Positions 1-14,594 of a stretch of DNA of 64,000 bases are shown piece after piece. The position numbers and the translations under genes are program-made. How positions within the stretch are numbered: the stretch's first letter is position 1; each line of letters starts with the position of its first letter. The stretch lies in assembly GCA_951406725.2 (NCBI GenBank), contig OX597820.1, forward strand, positions 32,550,001 to 32,614,000, in the 5' to 3' direction. Source of the stretch: Octopus vulgaris. Its lineage: Eukaryota. The notes beneath the pieces are model-generated. The model did no database searches. It saw nothing but the letters and a program-made list of their open reading frames with translations, and was not told the DNA's origin.

Positions 1-165
1 AAAAGAGACAGATAGAATAAGTACTGGGCTTACAAAGAATAAGTCCCGGAGTCGAGTTGCTCGATTAAAAAAGGCGGTGCTCCAGCATGGCCGCAGTCAA
101 ATGACTGAAACAAGTAAAAAGAGAATATATATATATGTCTGTGTGTGTGTATGTGTGTGTTTCGT

Positions 166-201
<36 letters not shown>

Positions 202-402
202 TGCTTGTGTATGTATGTAGGTTTTTTTGCGTTTATCCACCACCACTTGAAAAGCGATGTTGGATTCTTTACGTCCCCATAGCTTAGCAGTTCGGCAAAA
301 GGAATCAGTAAAATAAGTACGAGGTTTAAAAAGATGAATTAGCACTGGGGTCGACCCCAGCATGGTCCCAGTCAATCATTGAAACAAGTAAATGACAAAA
401 GA
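1..402 (+). mobile_element. Two 3' fragments of tRNA-derived SINE family A
   Basis: 1-124 matches the 3' end of the full copies at 14184 and 35222 (gatagaataagtact...cagcatggccgcagtcaaatgactgaaacaagtaaaa). 230-402 is a more diverged copy. Confidence 0.85.
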
Positions 403-573
403 TGAAACAAAAAAAGAACAAAGAATGTCACCAAAGATTGTGCAATATCTACACCCTGCCATGTCGTTATTGATATAACTTCCTTTGTAACATTCCCACA
501 CGATATTTGTATCCCCTTTGTAATTAATCTATTGAATGCACCCTACCCTACTCCGATGGCAAAGTAAGAAACC

Positions 574-846
<273 letters not shown>

Positions 847-992
847 TGATTAGCGTCATCATCGTAATATTGCTGTTGTCATTCTTTCTGTTGCTACTGT
901 TTTGAATTTGCTTCACTTTTGTTTTGTCTTGTTTTGTTTTGTTTTCGTTTTGATTTTGTTTAGTTTTAATTCATAATTATCATTATCGACGC

Positions 993-1032
<40 letters not shown>

Positions 1033-1239
1033 ATATACTAGAGAAAAGAAAACGCAAAATCTTTTCCGCCATTTTGCGATAAATTTCCTTCGATCATCAG
1101 ACTGTCGTTTGTCTTTAATTGACGGTGATTAGCTTTTTGCGCCACACCCAGTGGCCATTGAAGTCATGTCTCTTTGTGATGGACATCTAATGCACAAACA
1201 AATGTGACTATACGTTATGCGAGTATACAATTGTGTGTG

Positions 1240-1275
<36 letters not shown>

Positions 1276-1639
1276 TTGTTTTACGTTTGTGTATGCGTCT
1301 AGGCATGTTTGATGTATCGGCAAATATCCGCATCTGTGAATGTGTGTGCATGTACGTATTTGTTTGTACAAGCTTGTCTTGGGTTTCCTGTGCGCATATG
1401 TATGCATATGTGCATGTATATATGTATGTATTTATGTATGTTTTTACCTAGATATGTTGCACTTTGCATAAAAAGGCGTTGGTATACTAATCCATACATG
1501 TTTGTGTACACATATGGGAGTTTGCGGAAACTTACATTATGATGGCGCGCGTATGGAAATATAAATGAACTGAAGTGATTGATACATATGCGTGTGTATG
1601 GGTGTATATACATATATATCATATATTCATATATACATG

Positions 1640-1716
<77 letters not shown>

Positions 1717-2512
1717 ATATCTATCTGTTTCTCTATCTATCTCTCTCTCTCTCTCTCAATATATATATATATATATATATATAATATGTGTGTGTGTTTG
1801 TGTGTGTAATGAAACATATATATATGTATGCATGTACGTATATAGATATGTATAAATGCGCATATATATATGCATGTGTGTATGTTTATATAGGCACGTG
1901 TATATATATGTATATACACACGTGCATATAAGTATATGTATATATATTACGCATGTCTTTATAAATGTATGTATATGCATGGATGTATGTAGATATGTAT
2001 GTATATGCATGGTTGTATATATATGTGTGTGTGTGTGTGTGCGTGTGTGCATGGATGTAAGTATATATATGGGTGGTGATGCGGGTGTTGATGTGTATGA
2101 AACTGTCACCGTTCATTGTTTACGGAACAATAATAATAATCACTTCAGAACGACAATATAAAAAAAAACAAGTTACAACAGCAACAACACAACAACAAAA
2201 CAACAGTCAGAGAGATTAAACAAAAGCGGGGGAGAAAAAAAAACAATACTAAAATAACAAAAGTAAACAATAAAGTACGATTTCTAAACGGTTGAGGTGT
2301 GAAGCGGGTATTTGAATTGTATGGGATATGAGACAATACTAAGGTGAAACGAAGACAAGAGATCGTGCAAAGTATTGTGTTTAGGGATGGTCATTTCACT
2401 AGATCCAGTGCTGACGCTGCTGTTGTTGTTGTTGTTATTGTTGTTGTTCCTGTTGATGAATATTGTTTTGGTGTGTTTGTTGTTGATCTTTTGTGCGTGT
2501 GTATGTGTGCGC

Positions 2513-2543
<31 letters not shown>

Positions 2544-2807
2544 TGTGTCTTATTATTGTAAATTCACAATTCGAAGATTAAACGATTTCTGCATCAAAGA
2601 AGAACGGAAGGCACACGACTGTGCCGAATGGCATCAGGTATATATATACATATATATGTATATGTGTGTGTGTGTGTGTTTGTGTGAAGGAGAGGGAGAG
2701 AGAGATGCGCATCACAAAGAATTTAACCGTTTCACCTTCCGTTCAAATGTAAACACACGTTCGTACATATGTATGTGCATGTGTGTGCGTACGTATGTGA
2801 ATATATA

Positions 2808-2887
<80 letters not shown>

Positions 2888-3133
2888 CATATATATATAT
2901 ACATATACGTATATTATTATATACATATATATGGATAGATACGCAGATACCTATGTACGTATGCATCTATCTATGTATGTATATGTATGCAGGTGTATAT
3001 AATATATTTGTATATGTATATATGTAAATATATATATGGACATATACACATCTGTATACATATATATATATATATGCATACACACACATATATATATGAA
3101 GACATCTATCTGCCTATGTATCTATTTATATAC

Positions 3134-3205
<72 letters not shown>

Positions 3206-3221
3206 ACATGTGTATACATGC

Positions 3222-3255
<34 letters not shown>

Positions 3256-3300
3256 ATGTGTGTATTCACGTATGTATATATATTATAGAAGGGAGTCTCA

Positions 3301-3376
<76 letters not shown>

Positions 3377-3488
3377 CTTGAGATATTCGACTGTCCAGCA
3401 TTGTCCAGCCAAAGCAGTGTTACATGTTAGGCCATTTTTGTTTGGGATATTACAAGATCACAAGTGACTCATTTTGGCGCCTGTATTA

Positions 3489-3722
3489 AGACGGCGAGTC
3501 GGCAGGAACGTTAGTACGCTGGGCGAAATGCTTAGCTGTATTTCGTCTGTCTTTACATTCTGTCTTTCCTTATTCTGAGTTCGAATTCCGCCGAGGTCAA
3601 CTTTCCCTTTCATCCTTTCGAGGTCGATAAATTAAGTACCAGTTGCGCACTGGAGTCGATCCAATCGAATGGTCCCCTCCCCACAAAATTTCGGGCCTTG
3701 TGCCTAGATTAGAAAAGATTTA
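3489..3722 (+). mobile_element. tRNA-derived SINE family B, full length, with 13-bp TSD
   Basis: A-box/B-box-like head (gagttcgaattcc); flanked by ggcgcctgtatta at 3476-3488 and 3723-3735. Confidence 0.9.
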
Positions 3723-3855
3723 GGCGCCTGTATTATTTAGTGAAGAGGAAGTTCCGTGTATCGAACGTCCCTCACCAGAACTGATGTAAGTAGATAAATT
3801 AGATATTTGTATACACACATACACAAACACATCCATATACACACATACATATATA

Positions 3856-3893
<38 letters not shown>

Positions 3894-4904
3894 AAGAATA
3901 TGTGTGTGTATATAAATGTGTGTGTGTTTGTGTGTGCATGCTTGTACATGTGTGTGTGTGTAAATATGTCAACAGCATCTCTAGGTATCTAGCAACATTA
4001 GTTTTAAAACTTGAAAATTGTCAGATAGCAAGACATGACCTTCCTTTCTCACCACTCCCCAAATCATTGCGCTGAAAACTTACTGTACAGCATTCTGAAG
4101 AAATCGGAAGGATTTGCACACAGACACAGACACACACACACACACACATACACACACACACACACACACACATACACACAAAACACACACATACACACAC
4201 ACACGTACATTTTATTTATGGGTTAACAAGGCTGTTGTTGGTATCATACCGAGAAAACCTTAGCAACTATCAAGCCTGCTACACGGAACGTTAATGATCG
4301 TCTCCTCGTTTCCATCTTGAAGTCTTAATCTAAGATGGAGACAAGGACCAACATCTCATGTGGTAGACTTGATAATTACTGAGATTTCTTTTAGCATGAA
4401 AACAATGGTAGCCTTGAACTGATAATAACATTGCATTTGTACACTTCACTGCTTTGCGCTCTCACCCCGTTATTTGCTTACGTTGAGCCGCCGATTAGTG
4501 CTATCGCTCATCGTAGGATAACTGGAATAGCATAAGAGAGACAATCTCTTTTATCAGCTCAGAACACCCCCATCCGCACTCCGAAATGCTTGCATCTCAC
4601 AGTTTAGACAGGTGGCGCTGTGAGCTGATTTAGGTGCATTTGCACTATTTGTATAACGAGAAATTGTCTCCATGACATAACACAGTGAATGGCTTGCTTA
4701 ATGTTTCGAATCCGCCACGAGTATATTTGAACTGGTCACAACATTGCACTTTAACCTATGTATTAATCTATTTTTAGACATGATAGGGACAGGTTTGGCT
4801 GTTATTTGGAGCAAGGTCGATGTAGATGTATTATATGATCAAGGACCTTCCACATGTGGCCATTCAATCTGATTTTCTTTTCTTTATGATTTGGTGTACT
4901 CTGA

Positions 4905-5315
4905 ACTACATTATCCAATGTGCCTTGGTTTTTCTTTAAGAAATGTTGTTGATTTGAAGGAGATTTGACTGCTATTTTGAATTCGGTAAATGACTGCATA
5001 GAAGCGTCATTGTACTTTAGTCTCCAGAGCAGCAATTTTGGTTAATTAACCTTGGGATACCTTATCCAAAGTGTCCTGCATTTTCTTTAAGAAGATACTG
5101 TTGATTTGAAAGATATCTGGCTGCTATTTCGAGCTCGTCAAATGGCCACATAAAGGTCCCATTGCAATTGTTTAGTCTCCAAAGCAGCTATTTTGGTATA
5201 TTGTACCCTGTACTTCATCATCCAATGTATCCTTCATCTTCCTTATGGACATGTTGATGTGAGAGAAGTTTAGCTGCTGTTTCCAGGTGAAATGACCACA
5301 TAAATCCCCGTTACT
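4905..5315 (+). repeat. Three diverged ~150-bp tandem units from the tail of an old interspersed repeat
   Basis: Units begin (t/c)atccaa(t/a)g near 4911, 5062 and 5218 and share gatttg..gctgctattt..aaatgaccacata; related pieces at 6495-6910 and 33420-33570. Confidence 0.7.
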
Positions 5316-5849
5316 TCACCCTGGACCATATACCAAAAACGAGATTGATATTTTTGCTTTCTATTTTCTTTTTGCTTTGTTGATTTCTTTTCTTTTGTTT
5401 TTTTTTTTCGATCTTTACCGCATTTCCTGGCCTCATTTACAGTCAATCATTGGCCAGAGAAACTGGACAACAACAATGAATTGATTGACCAACCCAAACT
5501 TGATCGATAACAATACCCTATCACTGACCAATGTTCTCTCGAAAATGGCGAATATATTTTCATGTCAATGGCGGGAACGAAACAGAGGAAGTAAAATTTG
5601 CTACAGAAGGTGTACAACAATAGATTGGGATTGAACGGATGTGAACTGTTTATCAACTATTCCACCCACGCAAATTGATTGGTTAGGACGGGGGTCAGAA
5701 TTGGCAGCGGTGGTGGCAGGAACAGGTATTTGTGATAATCAGTGCTGTTTGTGTTCTTGCTGTAGATGATGATGATGATGACGATGGTAATGATGATGGT
5801 AATTTAACTGTTGTTGTTGTTGTTGGTAATATCGTTGTTGTTGCTGCTG

Positions 5850-5963
5850 TCTTCTTCTTCTTCTTCTTCTTCTTCTTCTTCTTCTTCTTCTTCTTCTTCT
5901 TCTTCTTCTTCTTCTTCTTCTTCTTCTTCTTCTTCTTCTTCTTCTTCTTCTTCTTCTTCTTCC
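5850..5963. repeat. (CTT)n microsatellite
   Basis: Direct reading. Confidence 0.95.
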
Positions 5964-6139
5964 AATCAGGACTCACGCCATTAGCCACAAAGAATAATCT
6001 CTAATTCGAGCCTATTCTAAGCTACTAAGAATGCGTGTAGCAACTTGAAGATCCACCCACCACATGCGATAGACTGGCGGTTGCACAGGCGCGAAAGCTA
6101 CATTGTTATCCTCATTCCGTAAACGGTGGCTTTTAACGG

Positions 6140-6208
6140 GTGGAGAGCTGAACCATCTTTTACGACCGCGAGTCCGCTGCGCTAACCACTGGGCCATTGC
6201 GCCTCCAC
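6140..6208 (-). mobile_element. tRNA-like head of SINE family C
   Basis: Reverse complement ggaggcgcaatggcccagtggttagcgcagcggactcgcgg; also at 20700-20905 and 23915-23967. Confidence 0.75.
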
Positions 6209-7019
6209 TGTTGCTGCTGTTGTTCATTGTTGCTGCTGCTGCTGCGGTTGTTGCTTTTGTTGTTTCTGCTGGTGTTGCTGTTGAGGTTCGGCATGTTATT
6301 CCTTTATTCTTTTATTTGTTTCAGTCATTACATCACGGCCATGCTGGGGCACCGCCTTGATATTGTTATTGATATTGTTTCCTTGATTTTGTTGCTTTTT
6401 GCTGTTGAGGCAGCAGCAGCAGCAGCAGCAGAAGCAGTAGTAGTAGTAGTTGGTGTTGTTGTTGTTGTCGTCGTCGTCGTCGGCGTGGTAGTTTAGTCCC
6501 AGATCAGCCATGGTTTAGTAAACCAACGATCAAATACGCTCTAGCCGTGACCATCTTGTTTTTGTTTTTCACAAAGACTGTATCCAGAACAATATAATCA
6601 AGTACGGCCTTCCTTTTCTCAGAACCTCAACGAGAGGGTCATTTAGTTGTTACTTCTAACAGGTCGAGCCATCATGTTGAGACATTTTCATTGTTTGCCG
6701 ACATCATTACTTTTATTGTTATTCAACCCCGAGTACATCCAAGATCGAGTATACCTAAGATCACGGGTACTTTAGCCATGACTGCCACATCTTGTTCATA
6801 TGTACAGGGAAGTCTGGATGACATTATCTAATATATCCTTTTTTTCAGTTTGTCGGTGTGAGTTGAGGAAGATTTTACTTCTATTTCTAACAAACCAATC
6901 GACCCCTATTTGGCTAACGCTGGTAAATGTCGCTGTTGCTTTGTTATTGATGCTGTGTTTGTTGTTGTTGTTGTTGTTGTCATTGACTCTCGTTGCTTTT
7001 TTTATTGATATAAGAATCG

Positions 7020-7467
7020 TTTTCCCTTATAGACAAAAGTCCTGAAATTTTGAGGAAGGGCTTTAGTCGATTACATCGACTCCAGAGTCCAATTGGTACT
7101 TATTTTATCGACCCCGAAAAGAGTGAAAGTCAAAGTCTACCTAGGCAGCATTTGAACACAGACTATAAAACCGGAAGAAATACCGCTTAGCGTTTTGTCC
7201 GACTTGCTAACAATTCTGCCTGCTCACCGACGTCTTATTGACATAATAATAATGGCTTCACTATTTTTGGCACAAGAACAAGTTCATGAGGACGGGCTAA
7301 GTCGCTAATAAAGACCCCAGTATTTAACTGGTACTTATTTTATCCACCCCGAGAGGATGAGAGGCAAAGTCGACCCCACTGGAATTTCAACTCAGAACGT
7401 GAAGACGGATTAAATACTGATGAGCATTTTGCAAGGCGTGCTGAGGATTCTGCCACCTCACCGCCAC
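7020..7467 (-). mobile_element. Two diverged SINE family B copies
   Basis: Shared core ggtacttattttatcgaccccga...aaagtcgac...ctcagaacgt. Confidence 0.8.
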
Positions 7468-7468
7468 A

Positions 7469-7548
<80 letters not shown>

Positions 7549-7562
7549 TAATAATAATAATT

Positions 7563-7593
<31 letters not shown>

Positions 7594-7635
7594 TAATAAT
7601 AATAATAATGATGTTGATGATGATGATGATGATAA

Positions 7636-8137
7636 TTGGAAGTGTAACATGTACATTATTTTGTCTTGTTATAAAAGATGGGCTACAGTAAATATTCTGC
7701 TCAATACCACAGATTTGCTTGTCAGTTGTTTGACCTTAACCAGTTGAGCATGTCCCTTAGTGGCTGACGATATGTGCATCTCTGATCACGAGCAGAAGTA
7801 GTGGGGAAGCATCATAACCATGTATTGAGAGGGATTCTTTGGGGTTTGAATAATTCACCTCTGGAAACATGGGTGTTCCGTTCAACATCCTTAAACAACC
7901 CTTATTCAGGGATCTTTTCAGTGGAATGGGCTACCCAACCTGAAGAAAAGTCTAACTGGGCCCCACCTCCAAGGTCATGTGCTGTTTATCTTGATATGAG
8001 ATCATCATGTCGCGCACATATGGTTGTGATGCATGTGCCTAGTGTACCCTTATCAGACGGGTAGTCATGATGGATATACTGGTCTTCGTATATTTTACCC
8101 CAGTGTCACTTTGATGGCATGCACTGCTCTCTCACTC

Positions 8138-8138
<1 letters not shown>
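7636..8138. mobile_element. ~500-bp non-coding interspersed element embedded in (TAA)n
   Basis: Highly similar second copy at 54316-54805; both are bounded by (AAT)n tracts. Confidence 0.85.
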
Positions 8139-8198
<60 letters not shown>

Positions 8199-8318
8199 TG
8201 TCGACTACTGATGTAGGCAGTTTTTAAAAACCCCGTTTTACATTTGACATCATATAGTTTCTCCCGTTTTCTTCCCTTCCCTTCCCTCCATCTGTCTGTA
8301 TGTCTCTCTCTCTTTCTC

Positions 8319-8351
<33 letters not shown>

Positions 8352-8396
8352 CTCCCCACCTGTTTCTCACCGTTTCCCATTCCCTATCACTCTCTG

Positions 8397-8431
<35 letters not shown>

Positions 8432-8482
8432 CAGTTATACATGGATACGAAGATGCATGCACACGTACATAATTACACACGC

Positions 8483-8541
<59 letters not shown>

Positions 8542-8591
8542 TCTATAAATAAATCTTTATACATGCATACAGTCAAGAGAACATACTTGCT

Positions 8592-8649
<58 letters not shown>

Positions 8650-8652
<3 letters not shown>

Positions 8653-9125
8653 CTAAAACTCTATTCTCTCCAACGTCGTCGTGAGCGCTACATCATCTGC
8701 ATGATGTGGAAAATATTCCATCAGCATTGCCCAAATGATGTTGGCATCACCTTTAAGGTACATCCAAGGCTTGGGCCCCGTGCCATCCGCCCAAAACAAA
8801 AATCGCACTCTCATCTCATAACAACAATACGGCACAATTATTTCACCTCAATTGGCCCCGCTCTCTTTAACATTACACCAAAACACATTAAAACAGAAAC
8901 TGACCCTATAGGGTTCAAGAAGTCTTTGGACAGATTCCTTCAAGAAATCCCGGATAAACCCCCTACACCCGGATATGTCTCTGTAAACAATAACTCTCTA
9001 CTTGAGTGGGCCATAGTGCCCAAATTCTGACTTGAAAGACTTCACCAGGTGGTGCTATTAAGTTAGACATGGCCTGGGCCAATAATGGCCGAAACCCATC
9101 AAAGTATCATCAAAGTATCAAAGTA
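8650..9125 (+). mobile_element. 3' end of a CR1-group LINE (ORF2 C-terminus and 3' UTR)
   Basis: [15 protein letters not shown]...[16 protein letters not shown], stop at 9030, a 3' stem-loop (ggcc...ggcc) and an (atcaaagt)n tail; inserted in (TA)n. Confidence 0.85.
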
Positions 9126-9212
9126 TATATATATATATATATATAAATGTATATGGATATGTATATATATATACATATATATATACAAAGATATCTGTAT
9201 ATATACATATAT

Positions 9213-9291
<79 letters not shown>

Positions 9292-9309
9292 TATATACAC
9301 ACACATATG

Positions 9310-10918
9310 CAGGTCGTCGACTTACGACCACGATTGTCTCCGACTGACTGGTCCTAAGTCGGCAGAAAAGTATCAAAGCATGCAAATACAAGAAATACAC
9401 AATGTAGTGTAAGAAACAGTTGCAAAACTTACGTAAAAATTTATTGTAGACCGGAGCTTGGCTGTAGATCTTCGATGTCGATTGTTGAGGCAACAGTTGT
9501 AGTAGCCAGAGTTGGTTTTTTTAATAAACATCTTAAGTTTTGCCTGAATTGTTTGTTTCTTTTTCTCTTCATAAATTTCATGATACGGACGAAACACATC
9601 GTGTGCCAGCTGTTCAATCTTTGCAAATCGTTCGACGTTTGCGTCCATTACTTCAAAGTGTGCAAGAAGTTTATTCAGTTGATATAAACCTTACAATCCT
9701 TTTGTAGTGAAACTTCTTTCTGGCATCTCCTCTTCTTTCTCCACTTCCCTCCTTTCTTCTTCCACGCGTTTTTTTCCCAATTCACTAAGCTCTTCATTTG
9801 TAAGTTCTTCGGATTCTTGGTCTATCATATCTTCGATATATTCTACATCACACTCCAAAGAAAGGTCTTTAGCCAGTTTTGCTATTTTCCCGCGAATCAT
9901 TTCAAATTCATGTTCACTGTTAAATCCATCATGAGCGTCAAGAAGGCGTTTTTCCAACACAGTTTTTCCAGATGCCTTTCATGTATTTCTTTCTCACAGC
10001 CTCCCAAGCGGTAGCGATATTCTTGATACACGTCAGAATATTGTACTTTTTCCAAAATTCTCGCAGTGATAGTTCTTGGTCGGCGGTTATGGCTTGAGCG
10101 AAACTGGTTCGAAGATAGTTAGTCTTCGGTGTAGCAATCGAACCTTGACCCATTGACTGGATGAGTGGAGTCGTGTTCGATGGAAAAAAAAACACCACTT
10201 TCACATCGGGATGAAGATCCGATAGATGAGATGGATGTCCAGGCGCATTATCCACAAGCAATAAAATTTGAAAAGAATTTCTCTCTCCAAACAATATCCA
10301 CGAGCAATAAATCAATAAATTCAGAAACCAGTCTTCAAACAGTCTTCGTGTCATCCATGCTTTAGGCTGAGAACAAAAGTAGACGGGTAATGTGTGCTTA
10401 TCTACATTCTTGAACGCACACAGGTTTTCTGAGTGGTAAATTAAGAAAGTTTCCAGCTTAAACCCTGCGATGTTCCCGCCAAGCAACAGAGTCAGCCTGT
10501 TCTTAAATGCGTTAAATCCAGGCATGCATCTGGCTTCTTTGTTGATGTAAGTGCGTGCTGGCATGCGTTTCCAAAACACCCCTGCTCTGCTACATAGCCT
10601 TCATCCGTAGTTATTTCCTTCAAATAGCTAACAAACTTACCAGCTGCTTCCTCATCTGCACTCGCCGCTTCTCCAGTCGCTCAAACATTATAAAGCTGGA
10701 ATATTTCTTTAAATCTTTTGAACCAGCCAGTAATTGCTAAAAAATTCTTGATTGAAATCTTTTCCAGAATGCTCCTTTACAGTCTGAAATAGATTTCTTG
10801 GCCTTCGACCTCACAGTAAAAACACTTAACGGTGTCCGTTTTTGAATTTGATCCTCAATCCAAATTTGCAGCAATTTCTCCATTTCGTGGATGGGTTCAG
10901 TCTGCTGCTTTATTGTAA
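9310..10918 (-). mobile_element. Tigger/pogo-family DNA transposon, decayed and 5'-truncated
   Basis: DDE_1-type motifs FWKRMP, RLTLLLGGN, KAWMT, LLVDNAPGHP, PSNTTPLIQ; CENP-B HTH remnant near 10800-10885; Tigger-like end caggtcgtcgacttacgac at 9310. Confidence 0.9.
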
Positions 10919-10941
10919 CAGAGAGATAGACAGACAGACAC

Positions 10942-10974
<33 letters not shown>

Positions 10975-10983
10975 GAGAGAGAC

Positions 10984-11067
<84 letters not shown>

Positions 11068-11074
11068 TTATATA

Positions 11075-11897
11075 CACGGTGCGGTGAATAAACTGTTTTG
11101 AACAGATATAATTACCAAAATTACATAAAAATACCTTGAAATACTAAAGAGTAAATTTATTCAATAAAATCGCCATTGGCTTCAACCATGGCCTCCACAC
11201 AACTTCGGAATCTACTGCAACTATTCTCGACGGTCTTCTTGTTTAAGTTGGTGAATGTTGCCATAACCCTAACCTTCAGTTTTATCTCAGGTGTTACAAG
11301 TAGTTTTGTTGGTCGCTCGCTCAACTGCACCCCATACTAATAATGAAGGGAGTTGTAGTCTGGGGAGTTATGTGGCCTGACGTTAGGGGTGATGTGGTCG
11401 AAAAAATTGTCTGACACCCATGACTGGGTTCTTCTGCTTGTGTGGCATGGTGCAGAGACCTGTTGCCAGACACAGGGTCTTCCAGCAGCCACTCTTTTGA
11501 CTCAAGGCAGCTCTACCTCCACCAGGTACATGATTTAGGCCGTGTGGGAAGAGGAATAGAGGCATAACATTGCCGTTACTAGTGATCACTCCAAACACCA
11601 TGATGTTGATTCGATGTTTGATTCCTATCACTCTCGGCACATGTTTTTGGGACATGGCAACGCAACGGTTTTCTCTGTGTTCACCAATTTTTCGTACTCG
11701 AACTTCCGGCGTGAATGCCAATCAGTACAGCATGTCTTCTCCAAATTCCTGCCAGAGTGAACTGCGTCATGGTGTTGTTTGTCTCACAGACGGTGCCCAG
11801 CTGATCCTACTATAATCTGTTGCCGACAAAATCAAAAACAATGTACATGCGCGAAATAAAAAGTATAAATTGGCGGCAATTTGCCCATCGCACTCTG
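11075..11897 (-). mobile_element. Internally deleted Tc1/mariner-superfamily element (DD37D/maT-like)
   Basis: Imperfect TIRs (cacggtgcggtg / cagagtgcgatg) with TA flanks; minus-strand residues IMVFGVITS, QDSAPCH, NSPDYN, VEANGDFIE. Confidence 0.75.
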
Positions 11898-12058
11898 TAC
11901 AAACATATACATATATATATACACAAACACATACATACGCATAAATACACATAGATACATGCATACACACACATAAATACATGCAACCATACATACATAA
12001 ATACATACATACATGCATGCATACATACAAGCCTGCATAGATGCACACATACATAATC

Positions 12059-12447
12059 TCTCTTTACTTGTTTCAGTCATGCTGGAGCACCACCCTTAGT
12101 CGAGGAAATCGACCCCAGGACTTACTCTTTGTAACCCTAGTACTTATTCTATTGGTCTCTTTTGCCGAACCGCTATATTACGGTGACGTAGACACACCAG
12201 TATCGGTTGTCAAGCGATGTTGGGGTGGGGGACAAACACAGACACACAAACACACACACATATATATACATATACATATATATGTATATGTATATATATT
12301 TATATACATATATACATATTCATATATACGACGGGCTTCTTTCAGTTTCCGTCTACCAAATCCACTCACAAGGCTTTGGTCGGCCCGAGGCTATAGTAGA
12401 AGATACTTGCCCAAGGTGCCACGCAATGGGACTGAACCCGGAACCAT
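12059..12447 (-). mobile_element. SINE family A, head truncated
   Basis: Reverse complement of the family A sequence. Confidence 0.9.
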
Positions 12448-12534
12448 ATATGCGCCTACATACATACTTTCAGAGATATACATTCATGCATACATACATG
12501 CATACATTCATACATACATTCATACATACATGCA

Positions 12535-12568
<34 letters not shown>

Positions 12569-13286
12569 CATGCATGCATGCATACATACATACATACATA
12601 CATACATACATACATACATACATACATACATACATACATACATACACACGGACAGACTGTAAGACTAACAGACAGACCTCTACTGAACCCGGAACTGAAC
12701 CCGGAACCATGTATGCGCCTACATACATACTTTCAGAGATATACATTCATGCATACATACATGCATGCATTCATACATAGATTCATACATACATACATAC
12801 ATACATACATGCATACATACATACATACATACATACATACATACATACATACATGCATGCATGCATGCATACATACATACATACATACATACATACATAC
12901 ATACATACATACATACATACATACGGACAGACTGTAAGACTAACAGACAGACCTCTACCCTCCGATCTCCTCCAACCAATCGACACATCAGCCATTACAC
13001 ACACACACACATACACCTACCCCATTTATCCCATCACCCCCAACAGACCTAACCCTGATCCCCTGTCACTGGCTACCGTTCCCCTTTACGTTGGTTCCCC
13101 CTCCCACCATCACCATCACCACCACAATCTAATTCTATCTTTTATAGTTTCATAACAATGAAAACGCACCCTCGGATTTGTTTGTTTTCTAATTGTTTTT
13201 TTACTTTCATGGTTGTATTAAATCTTTATGTCATTCTGCATTGATAGCATATATAATACACACACACAAACACACACACACACGCG

Positions 13287-13337
<51 letters not shown>

Positions 13338-13347
13338 TGTATGTATG

Positions 13348-13418
<71 letters not shown>

Positions 13419-13526
13419 ACACGCACACGCACACACTCACACAAGAGGGTAAACCATCGCTATATGAGAAACTTGCTTCCCAACCTACTGGTTCCAGGTT
13501 CAGTCCTATTACTAGACAGAAAAAGA

Positions 13527-13566
<40 letters not shown>

Positions 13567-13859
13567 GTATGTACATATGTATATATGTTTGTATGTATGT
13601 ATGTATGTATGTATGTATGTATGTATGTATGTACCGGGGTTTAGTCAAATAAAACCTTTCAGGGTGGTGTACATGTGTAGCTGCAGTCCAATGATTGATA
13701 CAACTAAAAGATAAAAGACACACAAACACACATTATATATATATATATATATCATGTATGTGTGTAAATTTCTGGCGTTTAAACACGTTATTTTTCTCTT
13801 CACATTACAGTAGCGTATGACATATTTATTTTCTGAAAGGTGACATTTCACAGGTCTCT

Positions 13860-14183
13860 CTTTTCAATAACCAAAAGGATACTTTATTTCTTCCGTTCTT
13901 ATGTTAAAAATCAAAATGGAGGAAAATACAAGAGCATCAGGTAACGCTCTTCTATTTCGAAGGAGATAAAAACTCTGTACAAACCGCCAAAAAGATTTGA
14001 GGAGTTTACGAAAATAGTGTCATAGGCGAGAGGAGTGTTCGTATGTGACTTTCGAGGTATTGGGAGATGAAATTTTGATTTAAAAGACTGTTAATGTTGC
14101 AGCAGCCCTACAGTCATCGATAATCACCCAATCGAAACGGTAATCAAAAATAATCCAGACCACACGACACGAGATATCGCAGA
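13860..14183 (+). mobile_element. mariner transposase N-terminal remnant; probable C-terminal remnant at 14750-14940
   Basis: Decayed MEEN..LFYF..QTAKKI..VY..NFDLKD..IKNNPDHTTRDIAE; after the SINE, DGIMKL.KR..VEQN. Confidence 0.6.
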
Positions 14184-14594
14184 GGCGCAGAATTGGCTGT
14201 GTTGTAAGAAGCTTGCTTACCAACCACATGGTTACCGGTTCAGTCCCACTGCGTGGCACCTTAGTCAAGTGTCTTCTACTATAGCCTCAGGCCGACCAAA
14301 GCCTTGTGAGTGGATTTGATAGACGGAAACTGAAAGAAGCCCATCGTATATATGTATATATGTATGTGTGTGTGTGTGTGTGTATGTATGTTTGTGTGTC
14401 TGTGTTTGTCCCCCTAACATCGCTTGACAACCGATGCTGGTGTGTTTACGTCCCAATAACGTAGTGGTTCGGCAAAAGAGACCGATAGAATAAGTACTAG
14501 GCTTCCAAAGAATAAGTCCTGGGGTCGATTTGCTCGACTAAAGGTGGTGCTCCAGCATGGCCACTGTCAAATGACTGAGACAAGTAAAAGAGAG
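14184..14594 (+). mobile_element. SINE family A, full length (tRNA head, CORE-like ccttgggcaagt segment in family consensus, internal microsatellite)
   Basis: A box tggctgtg(t)ggta, B box ggttcagtccc, tail agtaaaagag; closely matches 30793-31222 and 35222-35645. Confidence 0.9.

Noticed and set aside
1070-1105. Minus-strand CTGATGA-tcgaag-GAAA
   Set aside because: Helices are only 1-2 bp; compatible with chance.
2550-2645. Possible host exon ending CAG/GTAT
   Set aside because: No clear acceptor site or recognisable protein; cannot be supported without transcripts.
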